Source: Roseburia sp.
GTDB taxonomy: Bacteria; Bacillota; Clostridia; Lachnospirales; Lachnospiraceae
Direction: 5' to 3'
Assembly (NCBI GenBank): GCA_019421345.1
Contig: JAHZFL010000003.1
Coordinates: 209,799-273,798 of the forward strand
Length of the DNA stretch: 64,000 nt
The first letter of the stretch is position 1, and every line of letters starts with the position of its first letter. The translations under genes were made by a program, and so were the position numbers. Positions 19,841 to 29,987 of the stretch are shown here, one piece after another. The notes beneath the pieces were generated by a model, which searched no databases, was not told where the DNA came from, and saw only the letters and a list, made by a program, of their open reading frames with translations.

Positions 19841-21304
19841 TTATCTACATCTTTTTAAAAATTCTTTTAATAATATCCACACGCGTTCTGTGGAAGAAAT
19901 ACTCAAACGCTCGTTTGGCGTGTGAATATCATAGTTGTCCGGACCAAAGGACACGCAGTCCAAATCACTGATTTTTCCGGACAAAATGCCGCACTCAAGC
20001 CCTGCATGAATCGCCTCAAATACAGGCTCTTTTTCAAACAACTCCCGATATACCTCACTGATCGTCTCACGGAGCTTGGAATCTGCCCGATACTCCCATG
20101 CCGGATAATCACCGTTTGCTTCCACCTCGCCGCCTAAAAACTCAACGAGATGCGCAAGCCTATCAAACAGCTCCTCCTTACGCGTCGATACGCTGCTGCG
20201 CAGCGAAGTCGTCGTAAAAAGTCCGTCCTCCTTCAGCGTTAAAATTCCCATATTTAAGGAGGTTTCCACAAGTCCCGGCATCACACGGCTCATGTGCTGT
20301 ACGCCGTCCGGTACCTGTCTTAAATAAAAGAGTACCTTTGACATCGAGGAGAAGGACAAAATCTGTGCCTCCTGCTCGCCTAAGTCTGCCGACGTAATAT
20401 GGATATTCGCATCAGAAGCCGCATATTCCTTTTGGAGGATTGCTGTCAATTCTTCCAGATAAGAAAGAAGCTCTGCTTTTTTTGCAGGAGGGATCAAAAG
20501 CTCTGCTTTATGCTCACGCGGGATTGCATTGTCTTTTAAGCCGCCCTTCATCGATACGATTCCAAGCTCCATGCGGTCAGAAAGGTACTTCAATACTCTG
20601 CCCATCACAAGATTAGCATTAGCATGCTCCTTATCGATTTCAGCGCCCGAATGACCGCCCGAAAGCCCCGTGACCGTCACCTCCATCAAAAGACCGCTCT
20701 GTGCCATGCGCGTGACGGGAATCGCCGCCTCCACCGTCATGCCTCCCGCACAGCTTGTCAGAAAATGTCCCTCAACGTCCGAGTCAATGTTTAACATGCG
20801 CCGTCCCTTTAGCATAGACAGGTCGATCGCCTCAGCGCCGAGCATACCGATCTCCTCGTCCACCGTGACAATGACCTCCAGACGCGGATGCAAAATTTCA
20901 TCTGACTCCAGCAGCGCAAGCGCGTATGCCACTGCAATTCCGTCATCAGCGCCCAGCGTTGTTCCTTTTGCCCGGACAAAATCCCCGTCCACATAAAGGC
21001 GCAGACCGTCTTTTTCAAAATCAATGTCACAGCCGCTCTCCTTCTCACACACCATATCCATGTGTCCCTGAAGGATGACAGGCTCTGCATTCTCATAGCC
21101 CGCCGAGGCTTCCTTGATGATCACGATATTATTCGTCTCATCCTGATAGTAAACAAGACCGTGCGCTTTTGCAAAGTCCGCAAGATAATCGCTGATCTGC
21201 TTTGTATTTCTGGAACCGTGCGGAATCGCGCAAATTTCCTCAAAATAATCAAACACCCGCTGTGCCGTCAGCTTTCTCTCTTTTAACTCTGTCAAATGAC
21301 TCAT
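19841..21304 (-). CDS. pepD: Aminoacyl-histidine dipeptidase (M20C, PepD)
   Basis: 487 aa. Motifs FEEICAIPHGS, LQGHMDMV, TTLGADDGIAVA and VDEEIGMLGA. Confidence 0.85.
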   Translation of the reverse strand: MSHLTELKERKLTAQRVFDYFEEICAIPHGSRNTKQISDYLADFAKAHGLVYYQDETNNIVIIKEASAGYENAEPVILQGHMDMVCEKESGCDIDFEKDGLRLYVDGDFVRAKGTTLGADDGIAVAYALALLESDEILHPRLEVIVTVDEEIGMLGAEAIDLSMLKGRRMLNIDSDVEGHFLTSCAGGMTVEAAIPVTRMAQSGLLMEVTVTGLSGGHSGAEIDKEHANANLVMGRVLKYLSDRMELGIVSMKGGLKDNAIPREHKAELLIPPAKKAELLSYLEELTAILQKEYAASDANIHITSADLGEQEAQILSFSSMSKVLFYLRQVPDGVQHMSRVMPGLVETSLNMGILTLKEDGLFTTTSLRSSVSTRKEELFDRLAHLVEFLGGEVEANGDYPAWEYRADSKLRETISEVYRELFEKEPVFEAIHAGLECGILSGKISDLDCVSFGPDNYDIHTPNERLSISSTERVWILLKEFLKRCR

Positions 21305-21335
21305 ATCCTACCTCCTGTTTTTCATATATTGTAGT

Positions 21336-22265
21336 ATGAAAAAGAAATTAATATTCTTAGCATTCTTAATATTTTTAGGTTACTTATTTATTTTCCCAAG
21401 GGACGCCGTCGCTGCTGCATCAAGCGGACTGGTCCTCTGGTATCAAAAGCTTCTGCCGACTCTGCTTCCCTTTTCGATCATTTCCAATATCCTGATCACA
21501 TCGGGGTATGTGCAGTACCTGATCCGGCCGCTTTCACCGATTCTCTGCCGCATTTATCCGGTCAGTGAAAACGGGGCGTTCGTTCTGCTGTCAGGATTTT
21601 TATTCGGCTTTCCGATGGGCAGCAAAAACTGTGCCGAGCTGCTGAAGGCAGGACAATTAGAACAAAGAGAAGCCGATATTCTCTTTGTGATCACCAATAA
21701 TATGAGTCCTGTTTTTATCAGCAGTTTCATCTTAACACAGCAGCTTGGACTGTCCGGCTATACGCTCATCAGCTATCTGATCCTGTATCTGCCGCCGCTC
21801 CTCTACGGGTGGCTTGCGCTTGCAGGAAACAGAAACGGTAAGCGGCTTCCTGTAAAAAGACCGGCATCCAGATCTCAAATGAATTTCAAAATCATAGACG
21901 CCGGTATTATGAACGGTTTTGAAACCTTGACCAGACTTGGCGGTTACATTATGCTGTTTTCCATGCTTGGCTCTCTCATGCGGAAATTACCGCTTCCGGC
22001 TTCGGGAAAGCTTCTTTTAACCGGACTTACGGAAATTACCAACGGTATCTGTCTGCTGCCGCAGACTGTTGAAACTCCTGCCGTCTCCTATGTGCTCGCC
22101 ATAGCGTTTACCGCCTTTGGCGGACTTTCCGGCATTGCACAAACAAGCGCAATGATTCAGGACACAAGCCTTCCGCTTGCCTCCTATTGCCGCCTGAAAA
22201 TCCAACTGATGCTCTGCTCCGGCGCACTCGCATGGCTTGTGACACGCTGGCTGCCGTTTCCGTAA
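21336..22265 (+). CDS. ylbJ: YlbJ-like sporulation integral membrane protein (nucleoside-recognition domain)
   Basis: 309 aa and polytopic. Motif GLVLWYQKLLPTLLPFSII. Synteny with rsmD-coaD as in the Bacillus ylb region. Confidence 0.6.
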   Translation: MKKKLIFLAFLIFLGYLFIFPRDAVAAASSGLVLWYQKLLPTLLPFSIISNILITSGYVQYLIRPLSPILCRIYPVSENGAFVLLSGFLFGFPMGSKNCAELLKAGQLEQREADILFVITNNMSPVFISSFILTQQLGLSGYTLISYLILYLPPLLYGWLALAGNRNGKRLPVKRPASRSQMNFKIIDAGIMNGFETLTRLGGYIMLFSMLGSLMRKLPLPASGKLLLTGLTEITNGICLLPQTVETPAVSYVLAIAFTAFGGLSGIAQTSAMIQDTSLPLASYCRLKIQLMLCSGALAWLVTRWLPFP

Positions 22266-22267
22266 GG

Positions 22268-22888
22268 CTAGGAGCCCAGCATATCCGAAGTGATCTCTAC
22301 CTTCGGAAGCTCCTCCGTCTTTGACGACGCACCCTCGGAGGGCTCGTCCGCTGTCGGATTGAGCTCTGCACGGTTGGCGGTTACAATATCCAAAAATCCT
22401 TTCAGTGAGCTGACATAGGAATCATGACGCGCCTTTGCCGTCTCCATCGAATGGGAAATCGTATTTTCCAGATTGCGCAGAATATCATCCGTATACTGCA
22501 TCGCACCCATCCGGATATTGTTGGCGTCATTTGTTGCGTTGTCCAGAATTTCCTGCGCCTGCTTTGTCGCGATCATAACAACTTCATTTGCCTGTGCATA
22601 GGCTTGCTGCATGATCTGATGCTCGCTCACAAGTTCGTCCGTCTTGACCTGCGCCTTTGCAATGATGGCATCCGCCTTCGCCTGCGCATCCGCAAGAATC
22701 GCCTCTTTATTGCTGATGATCTTCTGGTAGCGCTTGATCTCCTCTGGCGTCTTGACGCGAAGCTCATTGAGCAGCTCCTCCATTTCTTCACGATTGACGA
22801 TGATCTTGGAGGAGGAAAAGGTCTGCGGCTTGCAATTATCAATATATTCTTCTATCTCCTCAATGATCTGTTCGATTCTGCTTGCCAT
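22268..22888 (-). CDS. Coiled-coil hypothetical protein (V-ATPase subunit-H/ATP-synthase-b-like repeats)
   Basis: 206 aa, Ala/Gln/Glu-rich heptad-like sequence (AILADAQAKADAIIAKAQVKTDELV...). No enzymatic motif was seen. Confidence 0.4.
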   Translation of the reverse strand: MASRIEQIIEEIEEYIDNCKPQTFSSSKIIVNREEMEELLNELRVKTPEEIKRYQKIISNKEAILADAQAKADAIIAKAQVKTDELVSEHQIMQQAYAQANEVVMIATKQAQEILDNATNDANNIRMGAMQYTDDILRNLENTISHSMETAKARHDSYVSSLKGFLDIVTANRAELNPTADEPSEGASSKTEELPKVEITSDMLGS

Positions 22889-22899
22889 AAAACTCTCCT

Positions 22900-23379
22900 T
22901 TATTTCTGATACTTATCGTAAATCCTATCCATAAACTGAGACGGAACAAACTTTGAAATATCGCCGCCGTAGGAGGCAAACTCCTTTACGATCGTGGAGC
23001 TAAGATAAGAGTATTGCAGGCTTGTCGTCAGAAAAATTGTCTCAACATTTGGATTCTCCACATGATTGGTCTGCGCGATCTGAAGCTCATACTCAAAATC
23101 TGTCACCGCACGGAGACCACGCACAATGATCGTCGCACCGATCTCATCCATATAATCGACTAACAGTCCGTCAAAGGATGCAACCGTAACATTTGGCATG
23201 TCTCCTGTCATCTCTTTTATCATACTAACACGTTCCTCAAGAGAAAACAACGAATTTTTTGCACTGTTATTGAGTACGCCGACGACAAGTTCATCCACGA
23301 TCGCAGAGGAACGTCTGATAATATCAACGTGTCCGAGTGTGAGCGGATCAAAGCTTCCGGGGTAAATCGCTTTCTTCAT
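22900..23379 (-). CDS. coaD: Pantetheine-phosphate adenylyltransferase
   Basis: 159 aa. Motifs [32 protein letters not shown] and SSTIVKE. Confidence 0.9.
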   Translation of the reverse strand: MKKAIYPGSFDPLTLGHVDIIRRSSAIVDELVVGVLNNSAKNSLFSLEERVSMIKEMTGDMPNVTVASFDGLLVDYMDEIGATIIVRGLRAVTDFEYELQIAQTNHVENPNVETIFLTTSLQYSYLSSTIVKEFASYGGDISKFVPSQFMDRIYDKYQK

Positions 23380-23400
23380 AGGGTACCTCCTGCGTCCGGC

Positions 23401-23952
23401 TCAACGCCGTCTGATAAACGCATGTGTATTTGTCTTATAGTTCTTTTGCTTAAAAAGCGTCAGTCCATATTGCTCCAGATAATCAAATTCCGTGTCAAGC
23501 GAAGCCTCCACAATGATCTGCGCATCCTCCTTTAATAAGGAAGAACGGGACAGATAACAAAGAGCCTCCTGCTCCAGCTTTTTGCCATAAGGCGGGTCCA
23601 TGAAAATGAGATCAAACTGATAGCTTCCTTCCATTGCGCGAAGCGCGCCAAGTACATCTGTGGCATAGACCCTGCTCTGCCAATCAAATTTTGTAAAGCG
23701 GATATTTTCTTCGATACAGGAGGCCTGTTTTTTCCCGCTGTCCACAAAAACAGCATATTGCGCGCCACGGCTTAACGCCTCAAGACCAATCTGCCCGCTT
23801 CCGGCGAACAGATCAAGGAAATAGCTTCCCGGCACATCATTTTGCAGTATGTTAAATAAGGTTTCCTTGATACGGTCTGTCGTAGGTCTCGTCTCAAGCC
23901 CCTCCACCGATTTTAACGCAAGACTCCGCGCAGTTCCCGCTATGATTCGCAT
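23401..23952 (-). CDS. rsmD: 16S rRNA (guanine966-N2)-methyltransferase RsmD
   Basis: Start set at MRIIAGTARS. Motifs RPTTDRIKETLFNIL, DLFAGSGQIGLEALSRGA and DPPY. Confidence 0.85.
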   Translation of the reverse strand: MRIIAGTARSLALKSVEGLETRPTTDRIKETLFNILQNDVPGSYFLDLFAGSGQIGLEALSRGAQYAVFVDSGKKQASCIEENIRFTKFDWQSRVYATDVLGALRAMEGSYQFDLIFMDPPYGKKLEQEALCYLSRSSLLKEDAQIIVEASLDTEFDYLEQYGLTLFKQKNYKTNTHAFIRRR

Positions 23953-24440
23953 AAGCACTCTCCTTCTTCCAGTATACGTTTGAGCAGACACAATGCCGCC
24001 TCCGCTGCAGCCTTACGCACCTGCATACGGCTTCCGTCAAATAAATGGCGCTCGGTCACGACCTTTCCCCGAAAAAAACAGCCGATATAGACAAGTCCCA
24101 CCGGACACTCCTTCGTGCCGCCATCCGGTCCTGCAACACCCGTTACGGAAACGGCAGCCGCGCAGCCCGCCGTGCGGGCTGCCGCCTGCGCCATATCGGC
24201 GGCAGTCTCGGCGCTCACCACGCCAAAACGTGCGATCGTCTCAGCCGAAACACCGATCATCGCAACCTTTGCCGCATCGGAATAGGTGACATATCCCTGC
24301 TCAAAAAATGACGAAATTCCCGGTACGTTGATCAGTGTGGAAGCGATCATTCCGCCGGTTGCCGATTCTGCCGTCGTCATCTTACAGTTATTTTTTTTTA
24401 ATAATTTGTAGATCGAAAGCTCCAACGGTTCTCTCTGCAT
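23940..24440 (-). CDS. CinA C-terminal-domain protein (nicotinamide-nucleotide amidase PncC type)
   Basis: 166 aa. Motifs TTAESATGGMIAS, VSVTGVAGPDGG, PVGLVYIG. Confidence 0.75.
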   Translation of the reverse strand: MQREPLELSIYKLLKKNNCKMTTAESATGGMIASTLINVPGISSFFEQGYVTYSDAAKVAMIGVSAETIARFGVVSAETAADMAQAAARTAGCAAAVSVTGVAGPDGGTKECPVGLVYIGCFFRGKVVTERHLFDGSRMQVRKAAAEAALCLLKRILEEGECLCES

Positions 24441-24988
24441 TATTTTTGATCCTTTAATACATCCTTATTTTTCATTACATAATCAACAAGTGATACTACC
24501 GTTAGGATCAGAGCGATATAAGTCAGCGCTGTCCCCAACATCTGGAATGCGGGATGCGGGAAATTTAAGATCAGCACGATGACCATAAGCATCTGAAATA
24601 CGGTTTTGAACTTTCCCCAGTAGCTTGCCGCAATTACCACGCCATTGTCGGAAGCAATCAGCCGAAAGCCGCTGATGATAAACTCTCTGGAAATAATGAC
24701 GATTACGATCCATGACGCCAACTGTCCTGTCTCGACCAGACAGATCATCGCGGCGCATACCAAAAGCTTATCCGCCAGCGGGTCCATAAATTTGCCGAAA
24801 TTCGTCACAAGGTGATATTTCCTTGCAATTTTTCCATCCAGCATATCTGTGAGGCTTGCCACAACAAAAATGACAGCCGCAATATAGTTGCCGTATCCCG
24901 GAAAATAGGGAGACAGCATAAAAAATACGAAAAACGGTATCATGATCACGCGCAGGATCGTAAGCTTATTTGGCAGATTCATACTCAT
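24440..24988 (-). CDS. pgsA: CDP-diacylglycerol--glycerol-3-phosphate 3-phosphatidyltransferase
   Basis: 182 aa. Motif NLPNKLTILRV plus the CDP-alcohol transferase motif DMLDGKIARK...G...DPLADK. Confidence 0.9.
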   Translation of the reverse strand: MSMNLPNKLTILRVIMIPFFVFFMLSPYFPGYGNYIAAVIFVVASLTDMLDGKIARKYHLVTNFGKFMDPLADKLLVCAAMICLVETGQLASWIVIVIISREFIISGFRLIASDNGVVIAASYWGKFKTVFQMLMVIVLILNFPHPAFQMLGTALTYIALILTVVSLVDYVMKNKDVLKDQK

Positions 24989-25005
24989 AATTATTCTCCA
25001 TTCTT

Positions 25006-26328
25006 TTACACCAGTTCCCCGATGAGATCATATTCATGCGCTCCTGTCACGCGCACCCTTGCAATATCTCCGGTGACGAGCGCCTCATCCGTATGGATAA
25101 AAATATAGCCGTCTATGTCAGGCGCGTCACGATAAGTCCGCCCGATATAAGCATTTTCGTCCGCCACGCTGCCTTCAATAAACACAAAGAGCTCCTGTCC
25201 TTTTAGCTGCTCATTTTTATCGAAAATGATTTCCTCCTGAAGTTCCATGACGTCCGCCTGCCACTCCTTTTTCTGCTCCTCGTCAATCTGATCCGGAAAT
25301 TCTGCCGCAGGCGTTCCCTCCTCGGGCGAATAAGTAAACGCGCCGAGACGGTCAAACTCCATGTCATTGATAAACTGCATCAGCTCCTCGTGCATCTTTT
25401 GCGTCTCACCCGGAAAACCGCAGATCAGCGTTGTGCGAAGCGTAATATCAGGAATCCTGGTCCTTAAATTTTTGATAATGCGCACAAGGTCGTCATGATT
25501 GGTCCGCCTTCCCATACGCTTTAGCATCGTATCGTTCGCATGCTGGATCGGAAGATCGAGGTAATGACAGACTTTTTCATTTCGTATCATCGCATCGATC
25601 AGCCCCTCATAAATCTCCTCAGGATAACAGTACATGATACGAATCCAGAAAAGCCCCGGAATCTGATTGAGCGCATCTAACAGACGGTGCAGTGATTTCT
25701 CCCCGTAGAGGTCGATCCCATAAAACGTTGTCTCCTGCGCAACTAAAATAAGCTCCTTTGCGCCTGCCTCCACAAGCTCCCTTGCCTGCGCGAGAAGCTC
25801 CTCCATCGGAACACTGCGGTAATTGCCGCGGATATAGGGAATGATACAGTAAGTACAGCGCTTGTTGCAGCCCTCTGCAATCTTTAGATACGCAAAATGA
25901 CCGCCGGTTGTGACAGTTCGCTTCGTGCGAAGACTCGGAAGTCCCTCCAGTGTTTTATAATTTTGATAAAAATCTCCGTCGATCGCCCGGTGTACCGCAT
26001 TTACAATATCCTCATAGGAATTTGTTCCAAGGATCGCATCTACCTCTGGAATCTCTTTTTTGATTTCCTCCTGATAGCGCTGCGCGAGGCAGCCGGTGAC
26101 GATCAGCGCCTTTAGTCTGCCGTCCTTTTTATGCTCTGCCATCTCTAAAATCGTATTGATGCTCTCCTCCTTCGCATCATTGATAAAGCAGCAGCTATTG
26201 ATGATGATGACGTCCGCTTCATATTCATCGTCTGTGAGAACAGCGCCGTCATCACGCAGCATTCCGAGCATAAATTCTGTATCTACAAGATTTTTATCAC
26301 AACCAAGTGAAATAAATAATAACTTCAT
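25006..26328 (-). CDS. rimO: Ribosomal protein S12 methylthiotransferase
   Basis: 440 aa. N-terminal MTTase domain (SLGCDKNLVDTE). Radical SAM CNKRCTYC. C-terminal TRAM domain. Confidence 0.85.
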   Translation of the reverse strand: MKLLFISLGCDKNLVDTEFMLGMLRDDGAVLTDDEYEADVIIINSCCFINDAKEESINTILEMAEHKKDGRLKALIVTGCLAQRYQEEIKKEIPEVDAILGTNSYEDIVNAVHRAIDGDFYQNYKTLEGLPSLRTKRTVTTGGHFAYLKIAEGCNKRCTYCIIPYIRGNYRSVPMEELLAQARELVEAGAKELILVAQETTFYGIDLYGEKSLHRLLDALNQIPGLFWIRIMYCYPEEIYEGLIDAMIRNEKVCHYLDLPIQHANDTMLKRMGRRTNHDDLVRIIKNLRTRIPDITLRTTLICGFPGETQKMHEELMQFINDMEFDRLGAFTYSPEEGTPAAEFPDQIDEEQKKEWQADVMELQEEIIFDKNEQLKGQELFVFIEGSVADENAYIGRTYRDAPDIDGYIFIHTDEALVTGDIARVRVTGAHEYDLIGELV

Positions 26329-26349
26329 CGTTCTTTTTTCCTTCCAGTA

Positions 26350-26389
26350 TTACGAAAACATAAGAGCCGTTCACAAAGTGTAACGGCTC
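26350..26389 (-). terminator. Hairpin GAGCCGTT/AACGGCTC downstream of rpoZ
   Basis: 8-bp perfect stem (26364-26371 / 26382-26389) with a 10-nt loop. It is followed on the minus strand by the T-rich run TTATGTTTTCG. Confidence 0.5.
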
Positions 26390-26416
26390 GTTATTTTTGC
26401 CGTCGTTTGCGGCAGC

Positions 26417-26665
26417 TTATTCTTCTGTCTCAAAATTTTCCGGAAGAATCTTTACCTTTCCCTCATAGACCTCCTCCACGGCAACGGAAAGAGGCTTGTT
26501 GCAGACAACTTTGTCTGCCATAGGGACAGCTCCCGAAATAATCTGACGCGCCCGCTTCGCAGTCGCGATGACGAGGGAATAACGGCTGTTTACAACAGGC
26601 TCCTCGCCGATTTCCACATCATTGTTGACAACCTTCATTAATTCTACATAAGATGGATGGATCAT
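26417..26665 (-). CDS. rpoZ: DNA-directed RNA polymerase subunit omega
   Basis: 82 aa. SRYSLVIATAKRARQI is the omega signature. Located next to gmk. Confidence 0.85.
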   Translation of the reverse strand: MIHPSYVELMKVVNNDVEIGEEPVVNSRYSLVIATAKRARQIISGAVPMADKVVCNKPLSVAVEEVYEGKVKILPENFETEE

Positions 26666-26695
26666 AATTTTCTCCTTTTCTGCACAATTTAGCGC

Positions 26696-27331
26696 TTATT
26701 GGCGCCGAAACTCCTTCAATTCCTCTCTCATACGGCTGATCGCCTCCAGATTTCTGGATGCGCGGTAATGCTCATTCTGAATGATCGAATGCACGTTTTG
26801 TACGCATTCCTCCAGCACGTCGTTGATCACAAGATAATCGTATGCTTCCATACCGTCCGCCTCGTCTATCGCTCTGGCAAGCCGCGATTCGATCACGTCC
26901 ATCGTCTCGGTTCCGCGTCCGATCAGACGATTCTTCAGCTCGCCCGCGCTTGGCGGCGTTACAAACAAAAGCAGCGTATCGGGAAAACGTTTCTTCACCT
27001 TTAACGCGCCCTGAATCTCGATTTCCAAAATAACATCCTTGCCCAAGGCAAGCTGTTCTTCCACATAAGAACGCGGCGTTCCGTAATAATTGCCGACGTA
27101 CTGTGCATATTCGATCAGTGCATCCTCCGCAATCATCTGCTCGAAGGCATCCCTGCTCTTAAAAAAGTATTCGATACCGTCCGTCTCCCCGTCCCTTGGC
27201 GCCCTTGTCGTCGCGGAAATCGAAAGCGCATACTGCCCGCTGTGCTGCTGCATCAGCTCCCGCATGATCGTTCCCTTGCCCGCGCCGGAAAAACCGGACA
27301 CTACTACTAAAATTCCCTTATTCCTTTGCAT
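26696..27331 (-). CDS. gmk: Guanylate kinase
   Basis: Start set at MQRNKGILVVVSG. P-loop GFSGAGKGT. Motifs TTRAPRDGETDGIEYFF and GNYYGTP. Confidence 0.9.
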   Translation of the reverse strand: MQRNKGILVVVSGFSGAGKGTIMRELMQQHSGQYALSISATTRAPRDGETDGIEYFFKSRDAFEQMIAEDALIEYAQYVGNYYGTPRSYVEEQLALGKDVILEIEIQGALKVKKRFPDTLLLFVTPPSAGELKNRLIGRGTETMDVIESRLARAIDEADGMEAYDYLVINDVLEECVQNVHSIIQNEHYRASRNLEAISRMREELKEFRRQ

Positions 27332-27587
27332 CGTCAAAAACCTCTGGCGCATTGCCGTTAAATCTGCCCGAAAGCGTCTCCGGCTGTAATGCGGATAATA
27401 TAATCGTATGATTCTCTGTAAAGATCACGCTTTTCGTCCGCCGTCCCTGCGTCGCGTCAATCAGTATCTCCTGCTCCTTGCCTCTTTGGATCAGGCGCTT
27501 GGCAGGTGCGGAATCTGATGAAATAATGCTTACGATCTTGTCTGTATTTACCATATTTCCAAAACCGATATTGATCAATCTTGCCAT
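27318..27587 (-). CDS. remA: RemA/DUF370 family regulator
   Basis: About 89 aa starting at MARLINIGFGNMVN. Motifs SAPAKRLI and DATQGRRTKSVI. Confidence 0.8.
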   Translation of the reverse strand: MARLINIGFGNMVNTDKIVSIISSDSAPAKRLIQRGKEQEILIDATQGRRTKSVIFTENHTIILSALQPETLSGRFNGNAPEVFDDAKE

Positions 27588-27596
27588 CGCATACAC

Positions 27597-28475
27597 CTAC
27601 TCGATATTCTGGATCTGCTCGCGCACCTTTTCAATGTCGGTTTTCAGTGAAATACCGACATCAGAGGTCTTAATATCCGTTGTCTTGGAAAGAATGGTAT
27701 TTGCCTCGCGGTTCAGCTCCTGTGCGATAAAATCAAGCTTCCTGCCGATACAGCCGCCGGCGTCTAAGGTATCCTTCATGCTTTGGATATGACTTTTTAA
27801 GCGCACAGTCTCCTCGTCGACACATACCTTATCGGCAAAAATTGTAATCTCCGCGGCGATTCTGGCATCATCCATCTGCCGGTCGCCCAAAAGTTCCGCC
27901 ACCTTTTCATTTAAGCGTTCTTTATATTCGGCTAAAATCTGCGGAGAACGTTCCTCAATATAAGCGACATGGGAAAGCATCGCGTCCAGCTTGCCGCTAA
28001 TATCTGCGGAAAGATGCTTCCCTTCTGCAATGCGGCTTTCCACTAACTGTGTGACCGCACCCCGGATCGCCTGCTCAAGCAGCTCCCAAAGCTCCTCCTC
28101 ATTATCTGTCTGCTCCTCCAGTGTAAAGACCTCTGGAAATCCGGCAAGCGTGCTTACGCGTATATCATTCTCAATGTGAAGCTTCTGCTCCATCTGCTGA
28201 AAGCATGCAAGGTACTGGCCGGCAATCGCCTCGTTATACCGCAAAAGCAGATCTCCCTGCGTTTCATTCGCATAGGTGATAAAAACATCCGTCTTACCAC
28301 GCTCTAAATACTCCTTAAGCACGCTTCGGATCGAACTCTCGAAACAGTTTAGCTTTTTGGGGAGCTTTAGATTGATATCCAGATAGCGGTGATTCACCGA
28401 TTTTATCTCGACGAGAAGCTTGCGGTGTCCGGCTGTCACCTCGCAGCGCCCGAATCCGGTCATACTTTTGATCAT
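27597..28475 (-). CDS. yicC: YicC-family stress-induced protein
   Basis: Start set at MIKSMTGFGR. Motif KSVNHRYLD. C-terminal DUF1732 block LDFIAQELNREANTILSK. Confidence 0.85.
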   Translation of the reverse strand: MIKSMTGFGRCEVTAGHRKLLVEIKSVNHRYLDINLKLPKKLNCFESSIRSVLKEYLERGKTDVFITYANETQGDLLLRYNEAIAGQYLACFQQMEQKLHIENDIRVSTLAGFPEVFTLEEQTDNEEELWELLEQAIRGAVTQLVESRIAEGKHLSADISGKLDAMLSHVAYIEERSPQILAEYKERLNEKVAELLGDRQMDDARIAAEITIFADKVCVDEETVRLKSHIQSMKDTLDAGGCIGRKLDFIAQELNREANTILSKTTDIKTSDVGISLKTDIEKVREQIQNIE

Positions 28476-28538
28476 GAATGTTCTCCTAATATGCATGACA
28501 TAACAGTGTCCTCTTGTTTCAACAGAAACTCGCGGACA

Positions 28539-29120
28539 CTAATTTGATTTATTATAGAACGATTTTAACGGGAAGTCAAGATTTTCATAAGGAAGGAGCT
28601 CTGCAAGAAACTGTTTTTCGGCAAGCGCCGCCTCAATTTCATCTAAAATTTCTTCGCTCTCCGCAGAAATTTCATGAAAATGATAGCCGCAGGTAAGCGC
28701 AGAGAGCGGCGTTGACCGCCCTTTGGTCAAGGTTTGTACAAATCGGCTGATGTCTCTGCGGCTTTTGATGGAGAGCGGCGCTTTCACCTTTCCGTAAAGC
28801 TTATGATTGACCATGACATTTAAAACGCTGCCGCCAAGATCGATAATAGTCGTAAGCTCCTCCGTGATCTGCTCCGCAGTATGGCACATCTTAAGCAATC
28901 GGGATTTCTGCTTCGGTCGGTCTAAAAGGTAGCCTCTCGCCGTTGCCGCAATGGAATGCCCTTCTGTGCGTAAAAGTGCGATGTCCTGTACCACAACCTG
29001 TCTGCTGACACCTGTTTTTTTGCCGAGATATGCGCCGGAGAGCGGCAGCTCGCTCTCTTGCAGTAAGCAAAGAAGCAATTTTCTTCTGTCTGTACCATTC
29101 ATTGGTCCATCCATGCTCAT
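28539..29120 (-). CDS. niaR: NiaR-type transcriptional repressor of NAD biosynthesis (HTH + 3H domain)
   Basis: 193 aa. N-terminal HTH (SGAYLGKKTGVSRQVVVQDIALLR). His-containing C-domain (CHTAE..., VMVNHKLYG, GYHFHEI). Adjacent to nadC-nadB. Confidence 0.7.
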   Translation of the reverse strand: MSMDGPMNGTDRRKLLLCLLQESELPLSGAYLGKKTGVSRQVVVQDIALLRTEGHSIAATARGYLLDRPKQKSRLLKMCHTAEQITEELTTIIDLGGSVLNVMVNHKLYGKVKAPLSIKSRRDISRFVQTLTKGRSTPLSALTCGYHFHEISAESEEILDEIEAALAEKQFLAELLPYENLDFPLKSFYNKSN

Positions 29121-29135
29121 ACGATCGGTTCCTTT

Positions 29136-29987
29136 CTAATGCACCCTAAGATGCTTTAAGCTCAGGTCAAGAATGGGCGCGGAATGTGTGAGTGCGCCGC
29201 TGGAAACATAATCGACGCCAAGCGCGGTAATCATCTTAATATTTTCTTTTGTGATATTGCCGGAGCACTCTGTCTTAGCGCGCCCGTCAATGATACGGAT
29301 CGCCTCCGTCATTTCCTCCGGCGTCATATTGTCAAGCATGATAATGTCTGCACCTGCGTCAGCCGCCGCTCTTACCATGTCAAGATTCTCGGTCTCCACC
29401 TCGATCTTTCGTACAAACGGTGCATATGCCCTGGCGGCGTCAATCGCCTCTTTCACACCGCCCGCCGCATCGATATGGTTATCCTTTAGCAGAACGCCGT
29501 CCGACAGATTATATCGGTGGTTGCAGCCGCCGCCGATGCGCACGGCATATTTCTCAAAAATCCGCATTCCGGGCGTCGTCTTTCGAGTGTCAAGGAGCGT
29601 TGTTTTTGTCCCCTCCAAAAGCTGCGCCACACTGTGCGTATAGGTCGCGATGCCGGAAAGGCGCTGCAGATAATTTAACGCTGTCCGCTCTCCCGATAAG
29701 AGTACGCGAACGTCCCCTGTAATCACGGCAAGAAGCTGTCCCTTTGTTACCGCGTCTCCGTCCTGTGCCCGAAATTCCACCTCTGTTTTAGGATCGAGCA
29801 TTGTAAACACGCGCGCGAAAATCTGCAGTCCCGCAATGATCCCGTCCTGCTTGCAGATCAGCTGCACGTCTCCCTTTTTGTATTCCGGCATCACAGCGTT
29901 TGTCGTCACATCCTCGCTGCTGATGTCCTCCTCTAGGGCAAGCCTGATATATTTGTCAGCTGCCAGCTGCATAGTGATCGGATTCAT
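29136..29987 (-). CDS. nadC: Nicotinate-nucleotide pyrophosphorylase (carboxylating)
   Basis: 283 aa. Motifs LSGERTALNYLQRLSGIAT, LDTRKTTPG, HRYNLSD, IMLDNM. Confidence 0.9.
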   Translation of the reverse strand: MNPITMQLAADKYIRLALEEDISSEDVTTNAVMPEYKKGDVQLICKQDGIIAGLQIFARVFTMLDPKTEVEFRAQDGDAVTKGQLLAVITGDVRVLLSGERTALNYLQRLSGIATYTHSVAQLLEGTKTTLLDTRKTTPGMRIFEKYAVRIGGGCNHRYNLSDGVLLKDNHIDAAGGVKEAIDAARAYAPFVRKIEVETENLDMVRAAADAGADIIMLDNMTPEEMTEAIRIIDGRAKTECSGNITKENIKMITALGVDYVSSGALTHSAPILDLSLKHLRVH